Below the pieces are notes generated by a model. It was not told the origin of the DNA. It ran no database searches and worked only from the letters and a program-made list of their open reading frames with translations. Positions 11,094 through 18,923 of a DNA stretch of 20,000 nucleotides are shown here, one piece after another; the stretch's first letter is position 1, and each line of letters begins with the position of its first letter. Position numbers and translations under genes: made by a program. Source of the stretch: Asterionella formosa (taxonomy: Eukaryota); the NCBI GenBank assembly GCA_002256025.1, contig NKIB01012566.1:56001-76000 (forward strand), written 5' to 3'.

Positions 11094-11888
11094 ATGATGA
11101 TACGCTTCGCTCGTTCGACGGCCTTTTTCCTTTTGTATTCAATAGCCATTACATCTGCAGACAGATTAGATGGAAGATACTCTTTCTCCTTGACGACATT
11201 CGATCCTCAAGGGAAACTAGCGCAAGTCGAACGCGCCACACTAGCTGCTTCCTTGGGGACGCCTGTCATTGGAGTGTGCTGCCAACATGGCGTGTATCTG
11301 TGTGCACCTCAACTCCTTCCTTCTCCGCTCATAATAGACGATGGTACCGCTAGATTTGTTACTATTTCAAAGAAAATTGCGATCACGCACTCTGGCATTG
11401 ATGGAAGGATCGTACTAGCAGCAGCTCAACGGATGGCAGTAGAGTACGAGTTTACCTACGATGAAGAAATGCCAATTGACGCCTTTTTGGAAGAAATTTC
11501 TCTTTTATTTCAAGAATACACCATGAAAGCTGGTTGCCGGCCCTTTGGGTGCTCAATTTTGGCGGCACACCTCGATGATGAGAGCGGCAATCATTGTTTA
11601 TATCGGATAGATCCATCTGGTGCAGTAGGTGTTTGTGGGTCCAGTGGAATGATTGGCAGTGCGAAGGTTGATTTTCTTTCGAAAATAAAACAACATAATG
11701 GTTCGGCAGAAGTTACTGTGCAAGATCTGGTGCAAATAATGAAGGACTGTCTTGAAACCTTGAATAACTTTCCATCCACTGAACGACCAAAGATGACGTA
11801 TCTGACTGCCAAGCTGACCAAAGATGGATTATCAATAGAACGACAGGAGGAAGAGAAAGGAACCAATAGCTTCTTAGCCTCTCCTTAG
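11094..11888 (+). CDS. Divergent 20S proteasome alpha subunit (alpha-2/PSMA2-like) with N-terminal signal peptide; candidate periplastid-compartment copy, 264 aa
   Basis: Alpha N-terminal signature YSFSLTTFDPQGKLAQVERA, QEYTMKAGCRPFGCSIL and LYRIDPSG, preceded by the hydrophobic leader MMIRFARSTAFFLLYSIAITSA. Confidence 0.85.
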   Translation: MMIRFARSTAFFLLYSIAITSADRLDGRYSFSLTTFDPQGKLAQVERATLAASLGTPVIGVCCQHGVYLCAPQLLPSPLIIDDGTARFVTISKKIAITHSGIDGRIVLAAAQRMAVEYEFTYDEEMPIDAFLEEISLLFQEYTMKAGCRPFGCSILAAHLDDESGNHCLYRIDPSGAVGVCGSSGMIGSAKVDFLSKIKQHNGSAEVTVQDLVQIMKDCLETLNNFPSTERPKMTYLTAKLTKDGLSIERQEEEKGTNSFLASP

Positions 11889-12452
11889 TCATATCGAAAA
11901 CAATCCAATGTTTTGAAGGTTACTCATGACTGGAAATGGAAATCTGATTCTAAAATACAAGGTACTATTACAAGAATAAGATGTCAGGATTCAAGATGTC
12001 GAGCTCATCTTAATCCAGATCCCAACGTGCCTGGTATTTCAGGTATGACTCGCCGATAGAACAGCATGTAACTTGATCTGAACCTGTTCATAGCCAAACT
12101 AGAATGTATACTAACCAGGAGGTATAGCTGGTGATACATGCCGGAAATAATTAAACATATGTATAGCCTAAATCCTAGATCCTCTTTTTTACTACTTCAT
12201 ACCAGTAGTCACTTTAGTGAAGATACTGGGAAAATGGATTCCTATCATGAGGATGATATCAATTACCAGGTACATTATCAGCAGTCTCATCAGCCATCAC
12301 CTGACACCAGACACCTGCCACAATCTTCAAGTGTGCACTCTACTGGACCGTAGGAAGTAGATGGAGTTAAATACCAACTTATATCTGTCCAGAAATTTAG
12401 TTCCCACATCACTTTTTCAGTCACTGCTGGTCAACCTGCCCTTCATGGCTGA

Positions 12453-12638
12453 TCCACTTTTACTAACTTCCTGTTTCTCAACAGTCCTGACAGGACTGTT
12501 GCTACTCCACTATTAATAACTTCCTATCACAAAAAGTCCTGATCATCGTTGTTACTCCACTTTTACTACCTTCCTGTTTCACAACAGTCCTGCCCATTGT
12601 GGTTACTCCACTAGTACCAGCACTAACTTACTGTCTCT
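12453..12638. repeat. Degenerate ~51-bp minisatellite, 3 full units + 1 partial
   Basis: Units start at 12453, 12506, 12556 and 12607. Consensus approximately TCCACTTTTACTAACTTCCTGTTTCACAACAGTCCTG-(variable)-TTGTTAC. Confidence 0.85.
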
Positions 12639-12835
12639 TACGATTGACTGTGGTCAACTGGTGACAACTCCTAGCTTCTTCAAGTTTATCCTTAAGCATT
12701 TAGCTCACTTCATTCCATAACATAGAGTCGACAAGGCTTCATTTAGTTGCTAATCTTTTATTGTCTACAATTTCCATAACACTGTCAAGTGCTGCTTGTT
12801 ACTCCTTGTTGTGACGGTGATTCATAAACTTTGTG

Positions 12836-13160
12836 GGTACCTGGTACTTGTGGTGCCAGCAAGTTGCGGTCATTTTGCTTAAATAAACAATTTAATATCG
12901 GATAAAGACAGCTAAACGTTTTGTTTCAACAGAATTACCGAAACTTGCAGGCACCGGTACCAGGTACTCCACCGTACCTGGTACCTGGTACCAACACAGT
13001 GCATTAAGAGGGGTATGAACAGCACCCTATTCTCTACCGTACTTGCGTTACCGGCCATGATAGGAAAACATATTTTTACGGTACCAGGTACCTGGTACCA
13101 GGTACTGGTACCGTACATATGACTGAATTTAACATGACGGTACCTGGTGCCAGGTACCGT
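12836..13160. repeat. (GGTACC-W)n palindromic satellite clusters upstream of the STI1-like gene
   Basis: Clusters at 12836-12847, 12953-12993, 13077-13115 and 13137-13160. The last is a perfect 11-bp-stem hairpin, acggtacctgg-tg-ccaggtaccgt. Confidence 0.9.
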
Positions 13161-13252
13161 TTTAGTCAAAAAGTTGACATCAGCATGCCAACAAACGATC
13201 AATCCTGTGTCTTTGTACTGCACGCTCCTTTGGTCTAGTGTATGGGTAGACG

Positions 13253-13888
13253 ATGGTTGCAAAGAACCTGATCGTTCTCCTTTCCCTCATTTCTCTCGGG
13301 AGATACATTGTAGAAGGGTGGATTATTTTTATCCCACAGTTAACTCAATGGAACTGCCGACGAGAATCGTCCTCTTCCCTCCTTTTGTCGGACCAGCCAA
13401 AAATTGAAGATTACAGTGGTGATGAAGCCATTGCGCCAAATTTAATGCGAGTTTCCGAAATAAAGGGAGAGTTGGAATTGAGAGGGGTAGACTACTCCAA
13501 ATGTATTGACAAGGAAAGTCTTGTGGAGACGTTGGAGCAAGCTCGAGCTTCAGGACGCGCCAATCCTGATATTCTCCAGCAATTCAATAAAAGAAAGCTG
13601 GAAGAGACTTTCTCACCTGAAAAGAAAGTCAATATTCAAGATGAAGATATCGACAAGGTCCTGGCAAATGATGGGACACTCCCAGGAGGTATGAAGCCGG
13701 AAACGCTGAAGAAGATGATGGGAAATCCAGAGGTGATGGCTATGCTACAGAACGTCAAGATGCAAGAGGCCATGAAACTCATTATGTCAGGTGGACAAGA
13801 GGATTTAGAAAAGGCGTTGACCAACGACCCAGAAATGAGAGACGTGGTGGGGCAATTAAATGATCTCCTACGAGGAAGTTTGATGTAG
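13253..13888 (+). CDS. Probable plastid-targeted protein with SAP/ARMET-C-like helix-loop-helix and C-terminal STI1 (DP-repeat) domain, 211 aa
   Basis: Signal peptide MVAKNLIVLLSLISLGRYIVEG followed by W at +1 and a Ser-rich stretch. MRVSEIKGELELRGVDYSKCIDKESLVETL motif. Met-rich MMGNPEVMAMLQNVKMQEAM...NDPEMRDVV (STI1-like). Confidence 0.72.
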   Translation: MVAKNLIVLLSLISLGRYIVEGWIIFIPQLTQWNCRRESSSSLLLSDQPKIEDYSGDEAIAPNLMRVSEIKGELELRGVDYSKCIDKESLVETLEQARASGRANPDILQQFNKRKLEETFSPEKKVNIQDEDIDKVLANDGTLPGGMKPETLKKMMGNPEVMAMLQNVKMQEAMKLIMSGGQEDLEKALTNDPEMRDVVGQLNDLLRGSLM

Positions 13889-13975
13889 ATATGCAGAATC
13901 CTCCAGAATAACTTAGGATGATTTCTTAAAGATTGAAGTAGCAACATCATAATAAGAATGATGTGTAATTGCACA

Positions 13976-15730
13976 TTATTGGTCGGGAGTCTTGCCCTTT
14001 ATCCACGCACCCACAACTTCAAGATCGCTATCGTCTATTCGTCGATGTCCGTCCAGAAAGTTATCTGTCACCTGAGCACACCCCCAAATGTGAATCTTGG
14101 CGAGCTGATGATCACAATTGGAAACAAGATAGCCAAGTCCCTTGTCTGTTATGAGTGGTGAGAAGCTCACGTCCAAATCTCTCAATGTCGAGGCAGATGT
14201 AGCAACCAGATTCTCCATAGTCGTATCCGTACATATTGAACCCTGAATGTTTAAAATAACTAAGCCGCCCAAAGACGACAATGCATTTGTCATGCCCTTC
14301 TTATCCCGCTTCATAGACGACGCCCTAGTTACTAGGTCCAAAACATTATCTGTCACTGCATCACGGGAGCATTGTCCGAGGTGGAGCTGCCGGAGTTTAG
14401 GTGGAGAAGGCACACCAGAAATGTTCGGAGTAAACAGGGCCTCCAACCCAGCTTCGGTCAAATTCTTTAAATCGGCAAGTTGCAACGATCGCAAAGAACC
14501 CTGGGTGTTGCAGGTTCGAATCCCCGCGAGCGACTGGTCCGTCAATACATAGTTGAAACTCAAATCCAAGCCTTCAAGAGCATCTCCAACATTATCAAGT
14601 AATTTCAGAACGACTTCATCGTCGATCGATCCAATTTGGCGCAACGTAAGATTTTTAAGATTGCGGAGACAGTCAGAAGAAGCAAGAAGCAAGAGGTCCT
14701 CCTTTCTGACGACCAAGTCTTCCAGCGAAAGCTCCAGCAAGGAGTTATTGTTGGTAGATGCAAAATTTGCCCGCAGAGAATCACAAAATTGCATTCCTAA
14801 TAGCGGACAAGCTTTGAACACAACAGAAGACAATGATTTAGAAGTGTGACAAATTAGTGAAGCAGCATCCGCATCCGTCAATAAGTAAGCGCCGGAAATG
14901 GAAATGGCGAAGAGAGTGGAAGTTGGAAAAGACAGGATGGTTTCCACTGTCTTTGGTCCAAAACAACGACCAGCGTGATGAAGTAACAGGTACCGAAGGC
15001 CGGCAGGAAGGAGAAGTTTGAGAGTACTGGCAAGTTGATCGTGAGTGACTTGAGCACAGTCAACAAGTTCAAGTGAGTCAATGCCTATTTCGGCAATCGC
15101 AGCGAATGCAGCTCCGTCCATTTTGTTCTTGGCCACTAACTCTTCACAAATCGATCGACGAATCGATGAATCAATAGCGCCCAGAGCTTCTACACTTTCA
15201 AAATTGTCCACGAGAAAGTCCACGCATATCTTGAAGAGGGAGGGTACCTTACTTCCTCTATCTTGCACTTGGACTCGCTTTTGGCGCTTTCCATAATAGG
15301 ACGTCGGCTGTCGCGATGAGCTGGGTGTTGCTTTCCAGAGCAACGATGGGTGAGCCTTACATTTTCGTTCTTCGTCAACTAGTTCCATCAAGGCATCCAA
15401 CGGATGACTCATGGTTGCGCTACTTTTCGACGCCTCTTCCCTGATGCGCCTCGCTTCTTCTCGCTGTTCAATCAGTTGTCGGGCTACACTAAAGGGACCA
15501 CACCACTCCCCTTGTGCATCTACCTCTTGCAGACGATTGTGACGACCAAAGGGAGTTGAAGTAACGGCAGCCTTGGATCGAGTCGCATGCGCCAATGATG
15601 CTGATTTTGCTTTCTTTTCGGGACGAGCCAACCGTGAGGCCTCACGATCGGCGACAGCACGCATGCGTGCACGAACTTCCTCTGGTAATACCCTCCCTTG
15701 TGCATTGGCGCTGGCATGATTAGATGACAT
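13976..15730 (-). CDS. RAD7: RAD7/Rhp7-like nucleotide excision repair LRR protein, ~584 aa
   Basis: WCGPFSVA (cf. Rad7-family WPGPFSTA), BC-box-like VPSLFKICVDFLVDNFESVEALG, followed by RNI-like leucine-rich repeats. First ATG at 15730; the track start at 15754 is TTG. Confidence 0.78.
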   Translation of the reverse strand: MSSNHASANAQGRVLPEEVRARMRAVADREASRLARPEKKAKSASLAHATRSKAAVTSTPFGRHNRLQEVDAQGEWCGPFSVARQLIEQREEARRIREEASKSSATMSHPLDALMELVDEERKCKAHPSLLWKATPSSSRQPTSYYGKRQKRVQVQDRGSKVPSLFKICVDFLVDNFESVEALGAIDSSIRRSICEELVAKNKMDGAAFAAIAEIGIDSLELVDCAQVTHDQLASTLKLLLPAGLRYLLLHHAGRCFGPKTVETILSFPTSTLFAISISGAYLLTDADAASLICHTSKSLSSVVFKACPLLGMQFCDSLRANFASTNNNSLLELSLEDLVVRKEDLLLLASSDCLRNLKNLTLRQIGSIDDEVVLKLLDNVGDALEGLDLSFNYVLTDQSLAGIRTCNTQGSLRSLQLADLKNLTEAGLEALFTPNISGVPSPPKLRQLHLGQCSRDAVTDNVLDLVTRASSMKRDKKGMTNALSSLGGLVILNIQGSICTDTTMENLVATSASTLRDLDVSFSPLITDKGLGYLVSNCDHQLAKIHIWGCAQVTDNFLDGHRRIDDSDLEVVGAWIKGKTPDQ

Positions 15731-15922
15731 AATGGCGACAGGAAAGTGTAGCAAGAGTTTAAGAGGAGAAAGGGCAGTGGCAACAACTGTTCACCACGTT
15801 ACTTTTTTCAGGATGTATACGATGCTGGTGGGGTTTTTCTTCAATATTCTTCATTGTTATTCTCACCGGTATTTCCACGTTGACGACTTAGTAACAGGGA
15901 TGGTGCAGGGTGGGGGTCATGA

Positions 15923-16161
15923 TGGTACCTGGTACCGGCGGTAGTAGTACCAGGGTACCAGGTACCAGGTACCGGTGGCAGGTACAGGTACCTGGTACCT
16001 GGTACCGTGAGTAATGGGAGGAGACTCTACCATCGTGGTACTCGATACCAGGTACCTGGTACCAAGTACTCGGAGTGCAAGATACGGTACCTGGTACCAG
16101 GTACCGGTAGAAATTATTATGTGTACCCTGGTACCTGGAACCAGGAACCAGGAACCAGGAC
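15923..16161. repeat. Largest (GGTACC-W)n palindromic satellite cluster, ending in the variant (GGAACCA)n
   Basis: Multiple GGTACC-A/T runs across 15923-16136, GTACTCGGAGT at 16066-16076, GGAACCA repeats at 16137-16161. It lies between the RAD7 5' region and the broken end of the mariner transposase. Confidence 0.92.
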
Positions 16162-16164
16162 AAC

Positions 16165-17191
16165 AAGGCATTTAGGATATATACTGTATTAGAGCCATTG
16201 ACACCAACTGGCAGCTTCTCGCGAATCGCTGGAATTACATTGTTTAAGATCGTGTCTGCATAGCTCTGCTTTGTAACCTGTAGATTTGTCATTATCATTG
16301 TCCATAATGGTCTATTTATCGAGTTCCTAAGCGCTGGCGTTTTCTGAATGAAGGTCCATATACCAATCTTGCCATCGAACATGCAAACTCGATTTTCGTG
16401 ATCTCTGGGGCAAGCAATTGCATAGAGCAAGGTCACTTTTTCCATGTGATCCTTGCGTTTAGTTCTACGAATGGGTCCCCTGTCTCCCTCAGTCAGAAAG
16501 TAAAATCATTGTTCTTTGACATCGTAAACATAGAACCATTTTTAATCGACATGAACCTGATTGTAAAAGCCGTCGTAAAACCCAAACTTAACTGGATCAA
16601 AAGCATCTTCAGGTGAAGGGTGAAGTTGTTCTGGGTGATTCAACTGTAGATTGCTAATGAAATATAGAAACCGCCTTATCTTGCATTCGTCTGTCAACTT
16701 CGGAACAACATCATTTGTTTGAGGTCGTATTACATCTCGCTGTTGATTGTCTTTTGCGATTGAATAAACAGTGGATTTTGGCAAATTAAGTGCTGATGCT
16801 AGCTTACAATGCACAGTGCGCTTCTTGAAAGGAATTTCCTTTACAGCTGGAATGACATCATCACGATTAAATTTTTGACGATGACCAGACCCGAATTTGC
16901 AGGAAAGCGAGGCAAAACTTTTACTATCCTCTAAATAGCAAGAGGTAAGAGCCCGATTCCATGTACATTGCATAGTACTCTTATTAACATCTAACCGATG
17001 CGATATGAATTTACCGGTTCCAGGCAACAAAACGAGCCAACCGTCTATTTCGTCTCTTTTATCATGCCCTTTTTCGAGGTTCCGTAAAGCATAATCGAGA
17101 ATCATTTGATGCTATTCTACTGTCAAATCCCTTCTCTTACGCTTGTTAGGAATGAGTTGTGGCAAAAAAATGGGGGGCCAGGCATCTGCAT
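16165..17191 (-). pseudogene. Tc1/mariner-superfamily (plant-mariner/DD39D-like) transposase pseudogene, 3'-truncated
   Basis: One frame from 17105 to ~16165 reads ...HVD*KWFY...KVTLLYAIACPR...FDGKIGIWTF...ALRNSINRP...VIPAIREK...VYI, matching family motifs HIDEKWF / KVMFLAAVARPR / FDGKIGIWPF. In-frame stops at 16542 and 16506 and near 17113. The second catalytic Asp (IQQDNA) is reduced to YILNA and the third is missing. Confidence 0.85.
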
Positions 17192-17220
17192 TTTGCTTGA
17201 GATAGGCAAAAGTGAAAATC

Positions 17221-18525
17221 GAATTAGATGATGAACCTTTGCTTACATGTTTCCTCAATCATCCCATCTTGACAGACAATATTCAATATCCTCTGGATTA
17301 TCATTTAATACATGATGGACAATTGCTGGATATACAATTGATTCTCAATCAACAAACACATCCATTAAAATTTCCTTCTATCAATTTTCATGATATATTT
17401 TTAATATGTTTTGTGAAGAATCCAGGAGATACTTGGCGTATTGCTATTCCTGCATCATTATTGGATCCAATTATTAATTGGTATCATCAGATGTTAGCTC
17501 ATGTGGGTATGACATGATTAAATGCTACAATTGCTACACATTTTTTTCATCCTACATTAAAAGCAAGAGTGGAACATATTGTAAGAGTATGTGAGGCATG
17601 CCAACGTACAAAATTACCTGGTACTGGTTTTGGTGAACTTCCACCCAGGAATGCATTATTATTACCATGGTCAGAAGTTGCAGTAGATCTAATTGGTCCA
17701 TGGAAGATAACAGTGGCTGCTCAAACGATTGAATTTCGTGCTCTAACTTGTATTGACACAGTCACCAATTTAGCAGAAATTTCACGTATCACCAATAAAA
17801 CATCAGAATATATTGCAATGAAATTTGAAAATGACTGGTTAGCCAGATATCCCTGTCCAGAACGCTGTAAACATGACAATGGAGGTGAATTTACTGGTGC
17901 TCCTTTCTTACACATGTTAGTATTGAATGGAATCAAAGATGTGACTACTACAGTAAAGAATCCACAAGCAAATGCTATCTGTGAACGTTTACATCAATCT
18001 ATCAGCAATAGTCTACGAGTTATGTTAAAGGCTCATCCTCCAATCAATGAATTTCAAGCCCAAAATATTGTGGATACATGTTTTGCAGCTGCGTCATATG
18101 CAGCTCGAGCTACTATTCATAGTATATTACGTATTTCACCAGGAGCATGGGTTTTTCAACGTGATATGATACTAAATATTCCTTTGATTACAGATTTACA
18201 ATTAATACATCAACGTCGACAAGTGATAATTGACGAACGTTTACGTCGTGCTAATTTCCGTCGTCGATCTTATCATTACAAAGTGGGTGACGAGATTTTA
18301 ATATTATTGGATAATCCTACTACTTTGGATGATCGTGGACGAGGTCCTTATACTATTATTCAAGTACATGCCAATGGGACAGTTACTTTTCAACGCACTA
18401 TGCACATTACCGAACGAATTTATATTCGTTGTATCAAACCTTTTCATAGGTAAAAGGTTTTCCCTCAAGAGTGGGAGAGTGAGCAATCCTGCACATCGAT
18501 ACAGATATATATAGAGAGAGTTAGG
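17221..18525 (+). mobile_element. Ty3/Gypsy LTR-retrotransposon 3' fragment: RNaseH-integrase linker, integrase (one in-frame stop), PPT and start of 3' LTR
   Basis: HHCC zinc finger WYHQMLAH...VCEACQ interrupted by TGA at 17515 (probable CGA>TGA). Catalytic core VDLIGPW / HDNGGEF / NAICERLH, GPY module, stop at 18453. Purine tract AAGAGTGGGAGAG followed by TG at 18480. Confidence 0.9.
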
Positions 18526-18923
18526 GTTACATCGAATACATCGGAATTCAATAATGAGAGAACCCGACTAACATCCATTCTAAACTTTGATGTCAGTTCA
18601 GGAAATGAGTTGTACATAAGGATTCACCAGGACCTGGTGAAGTATCTATTTAGAAGTAGTCCTAACTCTATATATATATATATCTGTATCGATGTGCAGG
18701 ATTGCTCACTCTCCCACACTTGAGGGAAAACCTTTTACCTATGAAAAGGTTTGATACAACGAATATTAATTCGTTTGGTAATGTGCATAGTGCGTTGAAA
18801 AGTAACTGTACCATTGGCATGTACTTGAATAATAGTATAAGGACCTCGTCCACGATCATCCAAAGTAGTAGGATTATCCAATAATATTAAAATCTCGTCA
18901 CCCACTTTGTAATGATAAGATCG
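18265..18923. repeat. Long inverted repeat: arms 18265-18525 and 18661-18923 with a 135-bp spacer
   Basis: The arms are reverse complements with about four substitutions plus a (TA)n/(GA)n length difference. The mirrored ORFs in the track (18304/18702, 18329/18668) reflect this. Confidence 0.95.

Noticed and set aside
12453..12638. Repeat/variable pattern resembling a CRISPR array
   Set aside because: Variable parts are only ~8-10 nt, repeats are degenerate, the context is eukaryotic and no cas genes are present; it is a minisatellite.
989..15730. Functional cluster of symplekin, CDK7 and RAD7 (Pol II CTD / NER links)
   Set aside because: Housekeeping genes in a compact genome with unrelated genes between them; adjacency is likely chance without synteny data.
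15888..16192. ORFs with YQVPGT/WYLVPG peptide repeats (also 7777-8309 and 12912-13262)
   Set aside because: These are translations of the stop-poor GGTACC-W satellite and appear on both strands; no evidence of real proteins.
41..17223. Composite or Pack-type transposon carrying the seven genes
   Set aside because: The two mariner-related segments are in direct, not inverted, orientation, are internal rather than terminal sequences, and no TIR/TSD pair was found.
18521..18529. TTAGGGTTA telomere-like sequence at the inverted-repeat/spacer junction
   Set aside because: Only 1.5 units, and TTAGG is part of both arms; insufficient evidence for telomere healing.
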